Shown here: in pieces, positions 45,103 through 56,328 of the stretch | How positions within the stretch are numbered: position 1 is the first letter of the stretch | Layout: the number at the start of each line of letters is the position of its first letter | NCBI GenBank assembly: GCA_963786595.1 | Contig: CAWAZF010000003.1 | Span: forward strand, 351 to 64,350 | Source of the DNA: an uncultured Actinomycetota bacterium | Lineage (GTDB): Bacteria > Actinomycetota > Actinomycetes > Propionibacteriales > Nocardioidaceae | Direction: 5' to 3' | Length of the DNA: 64,000 nucleotides | Program-made: the position numbers and the translations under genes | The notes under the pieces: generated by a model | The model's database searches: none | Seen by the model: only the letters and a program-made list of their open reading frames with translations | What the model was told of the DNA's origin: nothing

Positions 45103-46250
45103 CCCCTCGCTTCCGCAGCCGGTTGTTCTTTGCTCTCCATCAGGTCGACGAAACGGTCGAAGAGGTAGGCGGCGTCGTGCGGACCCGCCGCGGCCTCGGG
45201 GTGGTACTGGACGCTGAACGCCGGCTGGTCGAGCAGAGCCAATCCCTCGACGACCTGGTCGTTGAGGCAGACGTGTGTGACGCGGGCCGGACCGAAGGGA
45301 GTGTCGAACGTGTCGTCCAGCGGCGCGTCGACCGCAAAGCCGTGGTTGTGCGCGGTGATCTCGACCTTCCCGGTCGTGCGGTCCTGCACCGGCTGGTTGA
45401 TGCCGCGATGTCCGTAGACGAGCTTGTACGTGCCCCGCCCGAGCGCGCGCCCGAACACCTGGTTGCCGAGGCAGATGCCGAAGAACGGGAGGCGGCGGTC
45501 CAGGGCCTCGCGGAGCACGGACACCGCGTGGTCGGCCGTCGCGGGGTCGCCAGGGCCGTTCGACATGAACAGGCCGTCGGGCCCCTTCCCGTCAGACCCA
45601 GCGGCGAGGACGTCGTCGATGGTGGCCGCGGCGGGCATCACGTGGACCTCGATGCCCCGCTCGGCCATGCGGTGCGGGGTCATGCCCTTGATGCCGAGAT
45701 CGATCGCGGCGACGGTGAACCGCTTCTCGCCGACGGCCGGGACGACGTAGGTCTCGTCGGTCGTGACGTCGTCGAGGAAGTTCGAGCCGGCCATCTCCGG
45801 CGCGGCGTTGACCCGGGCCAGGAGATCGCCGACGTCGTCGGACTCCGAGCTCACGGCGGCTCGCATGGCGCCGCGCTCCCGGATGTGCCGGGTCAAGGCG
45901 CGGGTGTCGATGCCGCTGATGCCCACCACACCCTGCTCGACGAGCAGGTCGTCGAGGGAGCGCTGGGACCGCCAGCTGCTGGGCACCCGGGCGGGGTCAC
46001 GCACGACGTAGCCGTCGACCCAGACCTTGCGGGACTCGAAGTCCTCGTCGTTGACGCCGGTGTTGCCGATGTGCGGCGACGTCATGACGACGATCTGGCC
46101 CCGGTAGGACGGATCGGTGAGGGTCTCCTGGTAGCCGGTCATGCCGGTGGCGAAGACCACCTCGGCGATCGTGGTGCCGACGGCGCCGTAGGCCTCGCCG
46201 TGGAACGTGCGCCCGTCCTCGAGGACCAGGACCGCACTCGGGGATGTCAT
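45099..46250 (-). CDS. carA: Carbamoyl-phosphate synthase small subunit
   Basis: [34 protein letters not shown]. Confidence 0.97.
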
Positions 46251-47548
46251 ACCAGGACCCCTTGCAGCTCGCCGTCGAGCACCGTGGCGCGGCCGCGCAG
46301 GAACGTCGCCATGACGCGCCCGGGCACGGTGAGTCCCGCGTACGGCGTGTTGCGCGAGAGTGACGCGGTGGCGCCTGGATCGACGGTCCATGTGGCAGTG
46401 GCGTCGACGAGAGTCAGGTTTGCCGGTTCCCCAACCTCGAGGGGACGCCCCTGGCCGGTCACCCGTCCGATGGCGGCCGGACGGGACGACATCCGCTCGG
46501 CCACCTGGGCCCAGGTGAGCAGGCCGGGATCGACCATCGTCTGCTGGACCACCGAGAGCGCGGTCTCGAGCCCGAGCATGCCGAAGGCGGCGGCCGACCA
46601 CTCGCACTCCTTGTCCTCCATCGGGTGCGGCGCGTGGTCGGTCGCGACGACGTCGATGGTGCCGTCGACCAGAGCCTCCCGCACCGCCTGGACGTCGTCG
46701 GCCGAGCGCAGCGGCGGGTTGACCTTGTAGATCGGGTCGTAGCTGCGGACGAGGTCGTCGGTGAGCAGCAGGTGGTGTGGGGTCACCTCGGCGGTGACGT
46801 TGATGCCGCGGCTCTTGGCCCACCTGATGATCTCGACGGAGCCGCGCGTGGACACGTGGCACACGTGCAGGCGCGACCCGACGTGCTCGGCGAGTAGGAC
46901 GTCGCGGGCGATGATCGCCTCCTCGGCGACCGCCGGCCAGCCGGTGAGGCCGAGCTCGCCGGACAGCGGTCCCTCGTTCATCTGGGCGTTCTCGGTGAGA
47001 CGGGGCTCCTGCGCGTGCTGGGCGATGACCCCGTCGAATGCCTTGACGTACTCGAGCGCCCGGCGCATCAGCACCGCGTCGGACACGCAGATGCCGTCGT
47101 CGGAGAACACCCGCACGCCGGCGGCCGAGTCGGCCATGGCGCCGAGCTCGGCGAGACGCTGACCGCCGAGACCCACCGTGACGGCTCCGACCGGCTGCAC
47201 GTCGCAGTAGCCGCCCTCGCGGCCCAGGCGCCAGACCTGCTCGACGACGCCGGCGGTGTCGGCGACCGGATCGGTGTTGGCCATCGCGTGCACGCAGGTG
47301 AACCCGCCGCGCGCCGCGGCCCGGGAGCCGGTGAGCACCGTCTCGGCGTCCTCACGGCCGGGCTCCCGCATGTGGGTGTGCAGGTCGACCAGGCCGGGCA
47401 GCACGACCAGACCGCTCGCGTCGACCTCGTCCGCACCGTCGGGCGCGTCGAGATCTGTGCCGAGGTCGGTGATGACGCCGTCGGCGATCACGAGGTCGAC
47501 CGCGTCCTCCCCCAACAGTCGGCCTCGGCGGATCACGGTCGTGCTCAT
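46247..47548 (-). CDS. pyrC: Dihydroorotase
   Basis: [34 protein letters not shown]. Confidence 0.96.
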   Translation of the reverse strand: MSTTVIRRGRLLGEDAVDLVIADGVITDLGTDLDAPDGADEVDASGLVVLPGLVDLHTHMREPGREDAETVLTGSRAAARGGFTCVHAMANTDPVADTAGVVEQVWRLGREGGYCDVQPVGAVTVGLGGQRLAELGAMADSAAGVRVFSDDGICVSDAVLMRRALEYVKAFDGVIAQHAQEPRLTENAQMNEGPLSGELGLTGWPAVAEEAIIARDVLLAEHVGSRLHVCHVSTRGSVEIIRWAKSRGINVTAEVTPHHLLLTDDLVRSYDPIYKVNPPLRSADDVQAVREALVDGTIDVVATDHAPHPMEDKECEWSAAAFGMLGLETALSVVQQTMVDPGLLTWAQVAERMSSRPAAIGRVTGQGRPLEVGEPANLTLVDATATWTVDPGATASLSRNTPYAGLTVPGRVMATFLRGRATVLDGELQGVLV

Positions 47549-48522
47549 GCCATCTCCTCGACTGTGTCATCGTCTGGCGTCTCGTCGGTCGGCGCTTCTT
47601 CTGCCGAGCCGCCGAGCAGCAGGTACAGCACCGCCATGCGCACGGCGACACCGTTGGTGACCTGCTCGACGATGACCGACCGGGCGTGGTCGGCGACGTC
47701 CGCACTGATCTCCATGCCGCGGTTCATCGGGCCGGGGTGCATGACGATGGCGTGCTCGGGCAGCCGGTTCACGCGGGCGGTGTCGAGTCCGTAGCGCCGG
47801 CTGTACTCGCGGGCGCTCGGGAAGAACGCCGCATTCATACGCTCGTGCTGGACGCGCAGCATCATCACGGCGTCGGACTTCTCCATGAGGGCGTCGAGGT
47901 CGTACGACGTTTCGACCGGCCAGTGCTCGACCCCGACCGGCAGGAGCGTCGGCGGCGCGACCAGCGTGACGTGGGCGCCGAGGGTGTCGAGCAGGAGGGC
48001 GTTGGAGCGTGCGACGCGGCTGTGCAGGACGTCGCCGACGATCGTCACGTGGCGACCCTCGATCTCGCCCAGGTGGCGTCTCATGGTGAAGGCGTCGAGC
48101 AGGGCCTGGGTGGGGTGCTCGTGCGTGCCGTCACCCGCGTTGATGACCGCGCCCTGGGTCCACTTGGCGTGGGCCAGGCGGTGCGGTGCCCCGGAGTTGT
48201 GGTGCCGCACGATCACGGCGTCGGCGCCCATGGCCTGCAGGGTCAGTGCAGTGTCCTTGAGACTCTCCCCCTTGGAGACGCTCGAGCCCTTGGCCGAGAA
48301 GTTGATGACGTCGGCCGAGAGCCGCTTGGCAGCGGCCTCGAACGAGATGCGGGTGCGGGTCGAGTCCTCGAAGAAGAGGTTGACCACGGTGCGCCCGCGA
48401 AGGGTGGGCAGCTTCTTGATCGGCCGGCTGGCGACCGAGAGGAGCTCCTCGGCGGTGTCGAGGATGCGGATCGCCTCGTCGCGGCTCAGGTCGCCCGCGC
48501 TCAGCAGGTGGGTCAGGCTCAT
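47545..48522 (-). CDS. pyrB: Aspartate carbamoyltransferase catalytic subunit
   Basis: [31 protein letters not shown]. Confidence 0.97.
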   Translation of the reverse strand: MSLTHLLSAGDLSRDEAIRILDTAEELLSVASRPIKKLPTLRGRTVVNLFFEDSTRTRISFEAAAKRLSADVINFSAKGSSVSKGESLKDTALTLQAMGADAVIVRHHNSGAPHRLAHAKWTQGAVINAGDGTHEHPTQALLDAFTMRRHLGEIEGRHVTIVGDVLHSRVARSNALLLDTLGAHVTLVAPPTLLPVGVEHWPVETSYDLDALMEKSDAVMMLRVQHERMNAAFFPSAREYSRRYGLDTARVNRLPEHAIVMHPGPMNRGMEISADVADHARSVIVEQVTNGVAVRMAVLYLLLGGSAEEAPTDETPDDDTVEEMA

Positions 48523-49100
48523 GCCGCACCTCCGGTGATGCTCACGCCGTCGGATCCGTCGGTCTCGACCAGGCTGACCCTGACCTTCTCGGCCAACGAC
48601 GTCGGCAGGTTCTTGCCGACGAAGTCGGCGCGGATCGGCAGCTCGCGGTGCCCGCGGTCGACCAGGACAGCGAGCTGCACGGCGCGCGGCCGACCGAGCT
48701 CGTTCAGGGCGTCGAGGGCGGCTCGGATGGTGCGGCCGGAGTAGAGCACGTCGTCGATCAGCACGACGATCTTGTCGTCGATGTCGTCAGGAAGGTCCGT
48801 GTGCTCGAGCGCGCGGGCCGGCTTGAGGCGCAGGTCGTCGCGGTACATCGTGACGTCGATGGCGCCGGCGGTGATCTCCCGGCCTTCGACCTCGCCCATG
48901 CGCCGGGCGACGCGACGGGCGAGATGGACGCCGCGCGTGGGGATCCCGAGCAGGATCACATCGGCGGAGCCGCGATTGCGCTCGAGGATCTCGTGGGTGA
49001 TGCGCGTCAGGGCCCGGGCGATGTCGTTCTCGTCGAGAACGGTGCGTGCCTGCGGGTCGCCGGGGTTGTCAGACTGGGGCGCGTCAGCGGACGCAACCAT
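48519..49100 (-). CDS. pyrR: Pyrimidine regulatory protein / uracil phosphoribosyltransferase
   Basis: [36 protein letters not shown]. Confidence 0.97.
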   Translation of the reverse strand: MVASADAPQSDNPGDPQARTVLDENDIARALTRITHEILERNRGSADVILLGIPTRGVHLARRVARRMGEVEGREITAGAIDVTMYRDDLRLKPARALEHTDLPDDIDDKIVVLIDDVLYSGRTIRAALDALNELGRPRAVQLAVLVDRGHRELPIRADFVGKNLPTSLAEKVRVSLVETDGSDGVSITGGAA

Positions 49101-49109
49101 GGCTGACCT

Positions 49110-49141
49110 CCTTCTCCGCCTCACGGGACGGCCGTTAAAGG
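49110..49141 (-). promoter_or_regulatory. PyrR-binding loop overlapping the pyrR Shine-Dalgarno
   Basis: CCTTTAA-CGGCC-GTCCCGTGAGGCGG-AGAAGG resembles the CUUUAA...UCCNGNGAGG...AAGG consensus; AAGG is shared with SD AAGGAGG; -10 TAGTCT at 49165-49170. Confidence 0.85.
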
Positions 49142-49266
49142 ATGTCGATGGTCGTTCAGAGGTCAGACTACCAGCGGGTTCCGACCTGTCGCACCGGCTC
49201 GGCGGATGCCGGAGCCCGGTGACGCGTTCCGGCGACGGAACGAGGGCCGGAGCCTACGCTGGAGCC

Positions 49267-49956
49267 ATGACCGAGGAGGACGGCGCCACCGGCACGTCCA
49301 CGTCGCGTCATCGTCCGCGGCGTTGGCAGCGCACGCGCCTGGTCGCGGGAGTCGTCGTTGCCCTCCTCGTGGTCGCGCTGGCCGTCTGGCTGCTGCGTCC
49401 GCCCGCCGACACACCGGCCGCCAGTCGTCCGACACCCACCACGACTCCGACGCCCACGCCCAGCCCGACGCCCAAGCCCGATCCGTGTGAGACCCAGGCG
49501 ACCGAGCCGTTCTCGCCGACCCGGATCACCGTTCCGGGAACGGTACGCAACGCCAAGATCCTCGCCCTACCCCGCGACGGTCGCGATGTGCCGTCCGTGC
49601 CGCCGGTCTCCAACGCCGGCAAGCACCAGGTCGCGTGGGACCGTCCGCCAGGGATCGAGCCCGGATCACCGAAGGGCAACGTGCTGCTCAACGCCCACAC
49701 CTGGCCGGACGGATCCGCCCTCGGCAACAGGTTCCTCAAGCGTCTCGACGAGGGCGACCGGATCATTCTCCGCGGCGACGATGCGACCCTCTGCTACGAG
49801 GTCGACCAGCGCGTCGAGGTGCGCGCGGGAGATCGGTCGACGAACTACTACGACCGGGAGGGACCCGCGCAGGTCGCGCTCCTCGTGTGCTCGGGTCGTC
49901 GGCTCGGTCCGGGCAACTGGACCCACCGGACGATCTGGTACGCGAAACCTGTGTAG
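49267..49956 (+). CDS. Class F sortase-like protein
   Basis: N-terminal TM, Pro/Thr linker, PGSPKGNVLLNAH (His), RLDEGDRI, LLVCSG (Cys), WTHR (Arg); TACGCT 6 nt before the ATG. Confidence 0.8.
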   Translation: MTEEDGATGTSTSRHRPRRWQRTRLVAGVVVALLVVALAVWLLRPPADTPAASRPTPTTTPTPTPSPTPKPDPCETQATEPFSPTRITVPGTVRNAKILALPRDGRDVPSVPPVSNAGKHQVAWDRPPGIEPGSPKGNVLLNAHTWPDGSALGNRFLKRLDEGDRIILRGDDATLCYEVDQRVEVRAGDRSTNYYDREGPAQVALLVCSGRRLGPGNWTHRTIWYAKPV

Positions 49957-49960
49957 AGAA

Positions 49961-50377
49961 TTAGTCGCCGGGCGCGGTCGAGGCTTTCGACTGCACGATC
50001 GCGCTCAGCAGTCCGTTGACGAAACCGGGCGACTCGTCGGTGGAGAGATCACGCGCGAGCTCGACGGCTTCACTGATGGCCACGGCATCGGGGACGTCCT
50101 GGACGCAGAGGATCTCGTAGGCGGCGATCCGCAGCAGGTTCCGGTCGACGCCGGGCATGCGGTCGAGCGTCCAGCCGCGAGCGTGGGCGGCCAGCAGGGT
50201 GTCGATGCGCTCCTGCTCGGCGACGACACCTTCGACCAGCTGAACGGTGTACTCGTTGACCGGTGGGTCGTTTAGCTCACGACGCCCGGCCAGCGACCCG
50301 CCGAGGCTGAGCCCCTGGAGCTCGGACTCGAAGAGGATGTCCAGGGCGCGCTTGCGGGACTTCGTGCGTGCGGTCAT
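49961..50377 (-). CDS. nusB: Transcription antitermination factor NusB
   Basis: [31 protein letters not shown]. Confidence 0.96.
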   Translation of the reverse strand: MTARTKSRKRALDILFESELQGLSLGGSLAGRRELNDPPVNEYTVQLVEGVVAEQERIDTLLAAHARGWTLDRMPGVDRNLLRIAAYEILCVQDVPDAVAISEAVELARDLSTDESPGFVNGLLSAIVQSKASTAPGD

Positions 50378-50937
50378 CCCGACACGCGGCCGAGATAGCT
50401 TCCGTCGCGGGTGTCGACCCTGACCTTCTCGCCGGACGTGATGAACAGCGGCACCTGAATCTGCTTGCCGGTCTCCAGTCGGGCCGGCTTGGTGCCGCCG
50501 CTGGAGCGGTCGCCCTGCAGTCCCGGATCGGTTTGCTCGATGACGAGCTCGACCGACGCGGGAAGCTCGACGTACAGCACCCGACCGTCGTTCGTCGCGA
50601 CGAGGGCGTCCTGGTTCTCGAGCAGGAAGTCGACCGAGGACCCCATCGCCTCCGGGGGAACCTCGAGCTGGTCGTAGGTCTGGGTGTCCATGAACACGTA
50701 GTTGGTGCCGTCGCTGTACAGGTACTGCATGTCCCGCTTGTCGACGGTCGCGGTCTCGACCTTGGTGCCGGCGTTGAACGTCTTGTCGACGACCTTGCCG
50801 GAGGCGATGCTCTTGATCTTGGTCCGGACGAAGGCGGGGCCCTTGCCCGGCTTCACGTGCTGGAACTCCACGACGGTCCACAGGTTTCCGTCGATGTTGA
50901 GAACCATGCCGTTCTTCAGGTCGTTCGTGGTGGCCAT
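50374..50937 (-). CDS. efp: Elongation factor P
   Basis: [25 protein letters not shown]. Confidence 0.98.
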   Translation of the reverse strand: MATTNDLKNGMVLNIDGNLWTVVEFQHVKPGKGPAFVRTKIKSIASGKVVDKTFNAGTKVETATVDKRDMQYLYSDGTNYVFMDTQTYDQLEVPPEAMGSSVDFLLENQDALVATNDGRVLYVELPASVELVIEQTDPGLQGDRSSGGTKPARLETGKQIQVPLFITSGEKVRVDTRDGSYLGRVSG

Positions 50938-52016
50938 CAGGCGATCTCCAACAGGTCGGTGGTCATCGTGGTGAGCACCTCGGGATCAGCCGGGGTGACG
51001 AGCACGGTGTCTTCGATACGCACTCCCCCGCGTCCCGGTACGTAGATCCCCGGCTCCATCGTCAAGGTGGTGCGACGGGCCAGTCTACCGACGTGCCGGC
51101 GGCCGATGAACGGGTCCTCGTGGATCTCCAGGCCGACGCCGTGTCCGAGCCCGGTCGTGAAGTGCTCGAGCCACCCGGCGTCCTCGAGCACCTGGCGCGC
51201 GACCTCGTCGACGGACGCCACCGGAGCCCCCTCGCGGAGGGCCTCGACGCCCGCCGCCTGGGATGCCCTGACGGCGGCGTGGACCTCGCGCTGCCAGTCG
51301 TCGGCCCGGCCCAGCACGACGGTGCGCGTGCAGTCGGCGTGGTAGCCGTCGACGCGGGCGCCGAAGTCGACCTTCACCAGATCGCCGGCCTGCAGCACGC
51401 GATCGGTGGGGCTGTGGTGCGGGATCGCGGAGTTCGGACCCGACGCGAGGATCGTCTCGAACGCGATGGCCTCGGCGCCGAGCTCGAGCATGCGCCACTC
51501 CAGGTCGCGGGCGACCTCGAGCTCGGTGCGCCCCTCCAGCGGACCGTCCAGCAGGCCCTCCAGCGCATCGACGGAGATGCGGCAGGCGTGCCGCAAGGTG
51601 TCGATCTCGCCCTCGTCCTTGACCTCGCGGAGGCCCTCCACCATCCGTGCCGCCGGGACCGTCGAGACGCCGGCCTCCGTGAGCGCGGTGTGCGCGTCGA
51701 CGCTCAGCGTGTGGGTCTCGCACGCCCACACTCCGGGCATGCGACCGGCCGCCTCGGCCAGCAGGTCGCGGGTGATGACGTGGTCGAGACCGGGAACCTC
51801 ATCCATCGCCTGGTCGCGGTACCGGCCGTCGGTCAGAAACGTGCCGGTGCCGTCCGCGGCCAGCACGAGGGCGCCGTTCGAGCCGGTGAACCCGGTGAGG
51901 TACCGGACATTGACGAGCGTGGTGACCAGCAGACCCTCGACGGCATCGAGACCGGCCAGGGCGTCGACCGCGCCTCGACGGCGGGCGGCGAGCTGCTCGG
52001 CCGTGGGTGCAGTCAC
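50937..52016 (-). CDS. pepQ: Xaa-Pro peptidase (M24 family)
   Basis: [49 protein letters not shown]. Confidence 0.9.
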   Translation of the reverse strand: MTAPTAEQLAARRRGAVDALAGLDAVEGLLVTTLVNVRYLTGFTGSNGALVLAADGTGTFLTDGRYRDQAMDEVPGLDHVITRDLLAEAAGRMPGVWACETHTLSVDAHTALTEAGVSTVPAARMVEGLREVKDEGEIDTLRHACRISVDALEGLLDGPLEGRTELEVARDLEWRMLELGAEAIAFETILASGPNSAIPHHSPTDRVLQAGDLVKVDFGARVDGYHADCTRTVVLGRADDWQREVHAAVRASQAAGVEALREGAPVASVDEVARQVLEDAGWLEHFTTGLGHGVGLEIHEDPFIGRRHVGRLARRTTLTMEPGIYVPGRGGVRIEDTVLVTPADPEVLTTMTTDLLEIA

Positions 52017-53095
52017 GGGCGAAGGGCCTGGTGCGCCTCGCGCAGGAGCTGCTCGTCGGGGCCGGCGAGGACAGTCGGGTGAGCCAGACCATCGAGCACC
52101 ACGAAGCGCAGCTGGCTGCCTCGGGTCTTCTTGTCCAGGCGCATGGCCGCGAGCAGGTCGTCGAAGGGCGTGTCGTCCGTGGTCGGCAGTCCGACGGTGC
52201 CGAGGATCGATCGATGACGCGCCAGCAGCTCGCCGTCGATGCGGCCGGCGCGATGGGCGAGCTCGGCGACGAACACCATGCCCACCGAGATCGCCTCTCC
52301 GTGGCGCAGGCGGAAGCCGTGGACGCGCTCGAGCGCGTGGCCGAGGGTGTGGCCGTAGTTGAGCGCCTCGCGGCCGATTCCGTCCGTGGCGGTTTCGCGC
52401 AGGTCGGTCGCGACGGTGGCCGCCTTGACCGCGATGCCCTTGGCGATGAGCTCGGCGAGCAGCGACGACGCCGGGTCCAGCACGCTGTCGGGCGCCGCCT
52501 CGACGAGCTCGAGGATGGACGGGTCGGCGATGAAACCGCACTTCACGACCTCGGCCATGCCGCTGCGAAGCTCCTCGACGGACAGGGTCTCCAGTGCGTC
52601 AAGGTCGCACAACACCCCGGCGGGTTCGTGGAAGGCACCGACCAGGTTCTTGCCCGAGCCCGTGTTGATGCCGGTCTTGCCGCCGACCGCGGCGTCCACC
52701 ATGCCGAGCACCGTGGTCGGCAGGTTCACGAAACGGACGCCCCGCAACCAGCTGGCGGCGACGAAGCCGGCCAGATCCGTGGTCGCTCCCCCGCCCAGAC
52801 CGATCACGACATCGGACCGGGTGAAGCCGGCGTCCCCGAGGGCGTCCCAGCAGTGCGTGAGGACTTCGGACGACTTGGCCGCCTCGCCATCCGGCACTTC
52901 GACGAGCAGGACCTGGAGGTCGTCGGTGGCCAGGGTCTCCCGGAGGTGCTCGGCCCTCTCGCGCAGGGTGGGCGCGTGGACGATCGCGACGCGACGTGCG
53001 TCGTCGCCCACCAGCTGTCGAGCCTCGCCGGTGACGCCGTGCCCGATGACGACCTCGTACGGCGACGCGGTGCGCACCGTGAGCCGCGTGGTCAT
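52013..53095 (-). CDS. aroB: 3-dehydroquinate synthase
   Basis: GLGGGATTD, VDAAVGGKTG, LNYGHT.GH, HGEA. Confidence 0.97.
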   Translation of the reverse strand: MTTRLTVRTASPYEVVIGHGVTGEARQLVGDDARRVAIVHAPTLRERAEHLRETLATDDLQVLLVEVPDGEAAKSSEVLTHCWDALGDAGFTRSDVVIGLGGGATTDLAGFVAASWLRGVRFVNLPTTVLGMVDAAVGGKTGINTGSGKNLVGAFHEPAGVLCDLDALETLSVEELRSGMAEVVKCGFIADPSILELVEAAPDSVLDPASSLLAELIAKGIAVKAATVATDLRETATDGIGREALNYGHTLGHALERVHGFRLRHGEAISVGMVFVAELAHRAGRIDGELLARHRSILGTVGLPTTDDTPFDDLLAAMRLDKKTRGSQLRFVVLDGLAHPTVLAGPDEQLLREAHQALRP

Positions 53096-53613
53096 GACTG
53101 CTCCTGAATGACATCGAGAACCTGATCGGCCACCTGGGTGGGATCGAGCTCGTCGGTCAGCACCGTCAGGTCGGCGACCTCACGATAGAGGGCCAGGCGC
53201 GCATCCATGAGCTGCTTGAGCTGGGCCCGGACGTTGCCGAGCAGGAGCGGACGGCCGGTGCCGAGGCCAACCCTTCGGACGGCCTGGGTGAGACCGACAT
53301 CGAGGAAGAGCACCCGGTGGTCGCGCAGCAGCTCGCGGGTGCGGTCGCTGAGCACGGCTCCGCCGCCGAGGGCGACGACTCCGTGGTGCTCGTCCAGCGC
53401 CTGCGCGACGGCCTCCTCCTCGAGCTCGCGGAAGCGAGCCTCGCCCTGGTCGATGAAGACGTCCTGGATGCTCGTGCCGGTGGTGGCCTCGATGTCGGCG
53501 TCGGTGTCGCGCACCGTGACGCCGAGTCGCGCCGCCAGCTCCTCGGCCACGGTGGACTTGCCGGCTCCCGGCGGCCCGACGATGACGATGACCGGGCCCG
53601 TCCGCGCGCTCAT
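53092..53613 (-). CDS. aroK: Shikimate kinase
   Basis: [23 protein letters not shown]. Confidence 0.96.
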   Translation of the reverse strand: MSARTGPVIVIVGPPGAGKSTVAEELAARLGVTVRDTDADIEATTGTSIQDVFIDQGEARFRELEEEAVAQALDEHHGVVALGGGAVLSDRTRELLRDHRVLFLDVGLTQAVRRVGLGTGRPLLLGNVRAQLKQLMDARLALYREVADLTVLTDELDPTQVADQVLDVIQEQS

Positions 53614-54803
53614 CGGTGCTTCAGGTTCGCGAGATACCCCTCGACGTTTCGACGGGTCTCGGGCACCGAGTCGCCGCCGAACTTCTCGACGACGGCCTCG
53701 GCGAGCACGAGCGCGACCATGGCCTCGGCGACGATGCCGGCGGCCGGGACGGCGCAGACGTCGGACCGCTGGTGGTGGGCCTTGGCCTCCTCGCCCGTCT
53801 CGAGGTCGACGGTGCGCAGGGCCTTCGGGACGGTGGAGATCGGCTTCATGGCCGCACGGACGCGGAGGATCTCGCCGGTGGACATGCCACCCTCGGTACC
53901 GCCGGAGCGTCCGGAGACCCGCTTGATGCCCCAATCATCGGCACTGCCTGTCGGCACCATCTCGTCGTGGGCCAGCGAGCCGCGGGTGCGGGCCAGCTCG
54001 AACCCGTCGCCCACCTCGACGCCCTTGATGGCCTGGATGCCCATGAGGGCGCCGGCAAGCCTCGAGTCGAGGCGGCGGTCCCAGTGCGTGTGCGATCCGA
54101 GGCCCGGCGGCAGGCCCTCGACCACGACCTCGACCACGCCGCCGAGGGTGTCGCCGTCTTTGTGGGCGGCGTCGATCTCGGCGACCATCGCCGCGCTGGT
54201 GTCGGCATCGAAGCAGCGCACCGGGTCGGCGTCGAGCGCCTCGAGGTCGCTGCGCAGTGGCACAGGGGCGCCCGACGGTGCCCGCACCGTGCCGAGCTCC
54301 ACCACGTGCGACACCAGGGTCGCGCCGGTGGTCTGCTCCACGAACTGGGCCGCGATCTCACCGAGCGCGACCCGCGCGGCCGTCTCGCGGGCGCTCGCCC
54401 GCTCGAGCACCGGACGCGCCTCGTCGAAGCCGTACTTCTGCATGCCGACCAGGTCGGCGTGACCCGGGCGCGGACGCGTGAGCGGCGCGCCGCGCTTGAG
54501 TCCGGCGAGCGTGTCGGCGTCGACCGGGTCGGCCGCCATGACCTGCTCCCACTTGGGCCACTCGCTGTTGCCGATACGCAGTGCGATCGGGCTGCCGAGC
54601 GTGGCGCCGTGACGGATGCCGCCGACGATCTCGAGATCGTCGGCCTCGAAGCTCATGCGTGCTCCGCGTCCGTAGCCCAGGCGACGGCGCGCGAGGGCGG
54701 CCTGGATGTCCTTGCTGGTCACGCGGACGCCCGCCGGCAGTCCTTCGAGGACGGCGACGAGTGCGGGGCCGTGTGATTCACCGGCGGTCAGCCAACGGAG
54801 CAT
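53610..54803 (-). CDS. aroC: Chorismate synthase
   Basis: [39 protein letters not shown]. Confidence 0.98.
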   Translation of the reverse strand: MLRWLTAGESHGPALVAVLEGLPAGVRVTSKDIQAALARRRLGYGRGARMSFEADDLEIVGGIRHGATLGSPIALRIGNSEWPKWEQVMAADPVDADTLAGLKRGAPLTRPRPGHADLVGMQKYGFDEARPVLERASARETAARVALGEIAAQFVEQTTGATLVSHVVELGTVRAPSGAPVPLRSDLEALDADPVRCFDADTSAAMVAEIDAAHKDGDTLGGVVEVVVEGLPPGLGSHTHWDRRLDSRLAGALMGIQAIKGVEVGDGFELARTRGSLAHDEMVPTGSADDWGIKRVSGRSGGTEGGMSTGEILRVRAAMKPISTVPKALRTVDLETGEEAKAHHQRSDVCAVPAAGIVAEAMVALVLAEAVVEKFGGDSVPETRRNVEGYLANLKHR

Positions 54804-54825
54804 GTCGTCGATTCTCCCATGCTTG

Positions 54826-55506
54826 CTAGGTGGGCCAGATCGACGGACCCCACGCCGCGCCGACGATCGCACCGACCACCATGTAGGGCCCGAACGCGAA
54901 GCCGCTCCGGTCGACCCAGCCGAGTCGCGTGAACACCAGTCCACCGACGGCACCGAGCACGAACCCGCCGTAGACACCGCTCAGCGTCTCGGCGGTGCCG
55001 AGCGCACCCAGTGCGAGCCCGACCACGCCGGAGAATCGGACGTCTCCGTAGCCGAACACCCCGCCGCGGAACAGCCGGCCGGCCTGGTACACGAGCCAGA
55101 ACACGGCGAACACCGCGACGTTGCCCACCAGTGCCGCGACGACGACGTCGCGGTCGTCGAGGAGGAACGCGGCCACGGCCACGAGAACCAGCGTCAGGAC
55201 GTACATCGGCGCGACGACCAGGAACGGCAGCAGACGGGTACGCCAGTCGACGTAGGCCAGCCAGCTGCCGGCGCCGGCGAACAGAACCCAGACGGGCACC
55301 AGCTCCGGTGGCACGGACCAGGCCGCCACCGCGCCCATCGCCGCCGCGGCGCCGGCGAACCACCAGGCGAGATGCGGGGCCTGCGCGAGCTCGGCGTACA
55401 CGATCTTGTCGTCGTCGGCGTCGGGCGGCTCCGGCAACCTGCTGATGACCAGCGGTCCGGCGGCACCGACGAGAGCGGCCGCCAGCGCGGCGATCGCGAC
55501 GGTCAC
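54826..55506 (-). CDS. Peptidase A24 (prepilin peptidase-like) membrane protein (start uncertain)
   Basis: Multiple TM helices, two catalytic Asp motifs ([17 protein letters not shown]), FAFGPYM. Confidence 0.85.
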   Translation of the reverse strand: MTVAIAALAAALVGAAGPLVISRLPEPPDADDDKIVYAELAQAPHLAWWFAGAAAAMGAVAAWSVPPELVPVWVLFAGAGSWLAYVDWRTRLLPFLVVAPMYVLTLVLVAVAAFLLDDRDVVVAALVGNVAVFAVFWLVYQAGRLFRGGVFGYGDVRFSGVVGLALGALGTAETLSGVYGGFVLGAVGGLVFTRLGWVDRSGFAFGPYMVVGAIVGAAWGPSIWPT

Positions 55507-55511
55507 GGGTG

Positions 55512-56321
55512 TCAGCGGGAAAGCGCCGCGAGAGCCGCTCGGCGCAACAGGTCCGGATCGATGTCGCTCCCGGTCATCAGCTCCACCTGGAGCGCGGCCT
55601 GGTGGGCGAGCAGGTCGATGCCCGTGACGACGTCGAGCCCGGCGTTCTCGGCGGCCGTGGCCAACGGGGTGGGCCACGGGTTGTAGGCGACGTCGAAGAC
55701 CGCGCGCGACGACTCGGCCAGCTCGTGCGATCGCGACCCGATCGCCTCGGCAGGGACCGTGGAGACCAACAGATCGACCTTCTCCAGGAGTGGATGCTCG
55801 AAGGACTTCACGACCACGTCGGCTCCGGCGCTCCGAGCCACCTGCGCGGCCACCTCGGCGCGGGACTCGTCCCGGACGACGAACTCGAGGTCCCGAAGTC
55901 CGAGCGCGGCCAAGGCGTAGCCGATGGACGTCGCCGTGGCGCCGCCCCCGACGATGCGGGCGGACAGGGGTTCGCTGAGGAGTCGTTCACGCAAGGCTCC
56001 CTGGGCGCCGGGCACGTCGGTGTTGTCGCCGTATCCGCGTCCGTCGTCAGGACCGAGCAGGATCGTGTTCACCGAACCCACGACGTTGGCGACCTCGCTG
56101 GATCGCTCGACCAGGCCCAGCGCGACCCGCTTGAGCGGCATCGTCAGCGAGAGCCCGCGCCAGTCGTCGCCGTCGAGCCCCGCGAGGTAGCCGGAGAGCG
56201 CGTCCTCGGCGACGTCGACGGCCTCGTACGACCAGTCGAGCCCGAGCTCGGCGTAGGCGGCGCGGTGCATGGCCGGTGACAGCGAGTGGGCGATCGGCGA
56301 GCCCAGGACGGCGCAGCGCAT
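55512..56321 (-). CDS. aroE: Shikimate dehydrogenase
   Basis: GSPIAHSLSP, SLTMPLK, VNTI, NTDVPG, GGGATA. Confidence 0.96.
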   Translation of the reverse strand: MRCAVLGSPIAHSLSPAMHRAAYAELGLDWSYEAVDVAEDALSGYLAGLDGDDWRGLSLTMPLKRVALGLVERSSEVANVVGSVNTILLGPDDGRGYGDNTDVPGAQGALRERLLSEPLSARIVGGGATATSIGYALAALGLRDLEFVVRDESRAEVAAQVARSAGADVVVKSFEHPLLEKVDLLVSTVPAEAIGSRSHELAESSRAVFDVAYNPWPTPLATAAENAGLDVVTGIDLLAHQAALQVELMTGSDIDPDLLRRAALAALSR

Positions 56322-56328
56322 CCGGCGC

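Noticed and set aside
54826-55506. Prepilin peptidase as a sign of a pilus island
   Set aside because: An A24 peptidase between aroE and aroC is a usual actinobacterial arrangement, and no pilus genes are present here.
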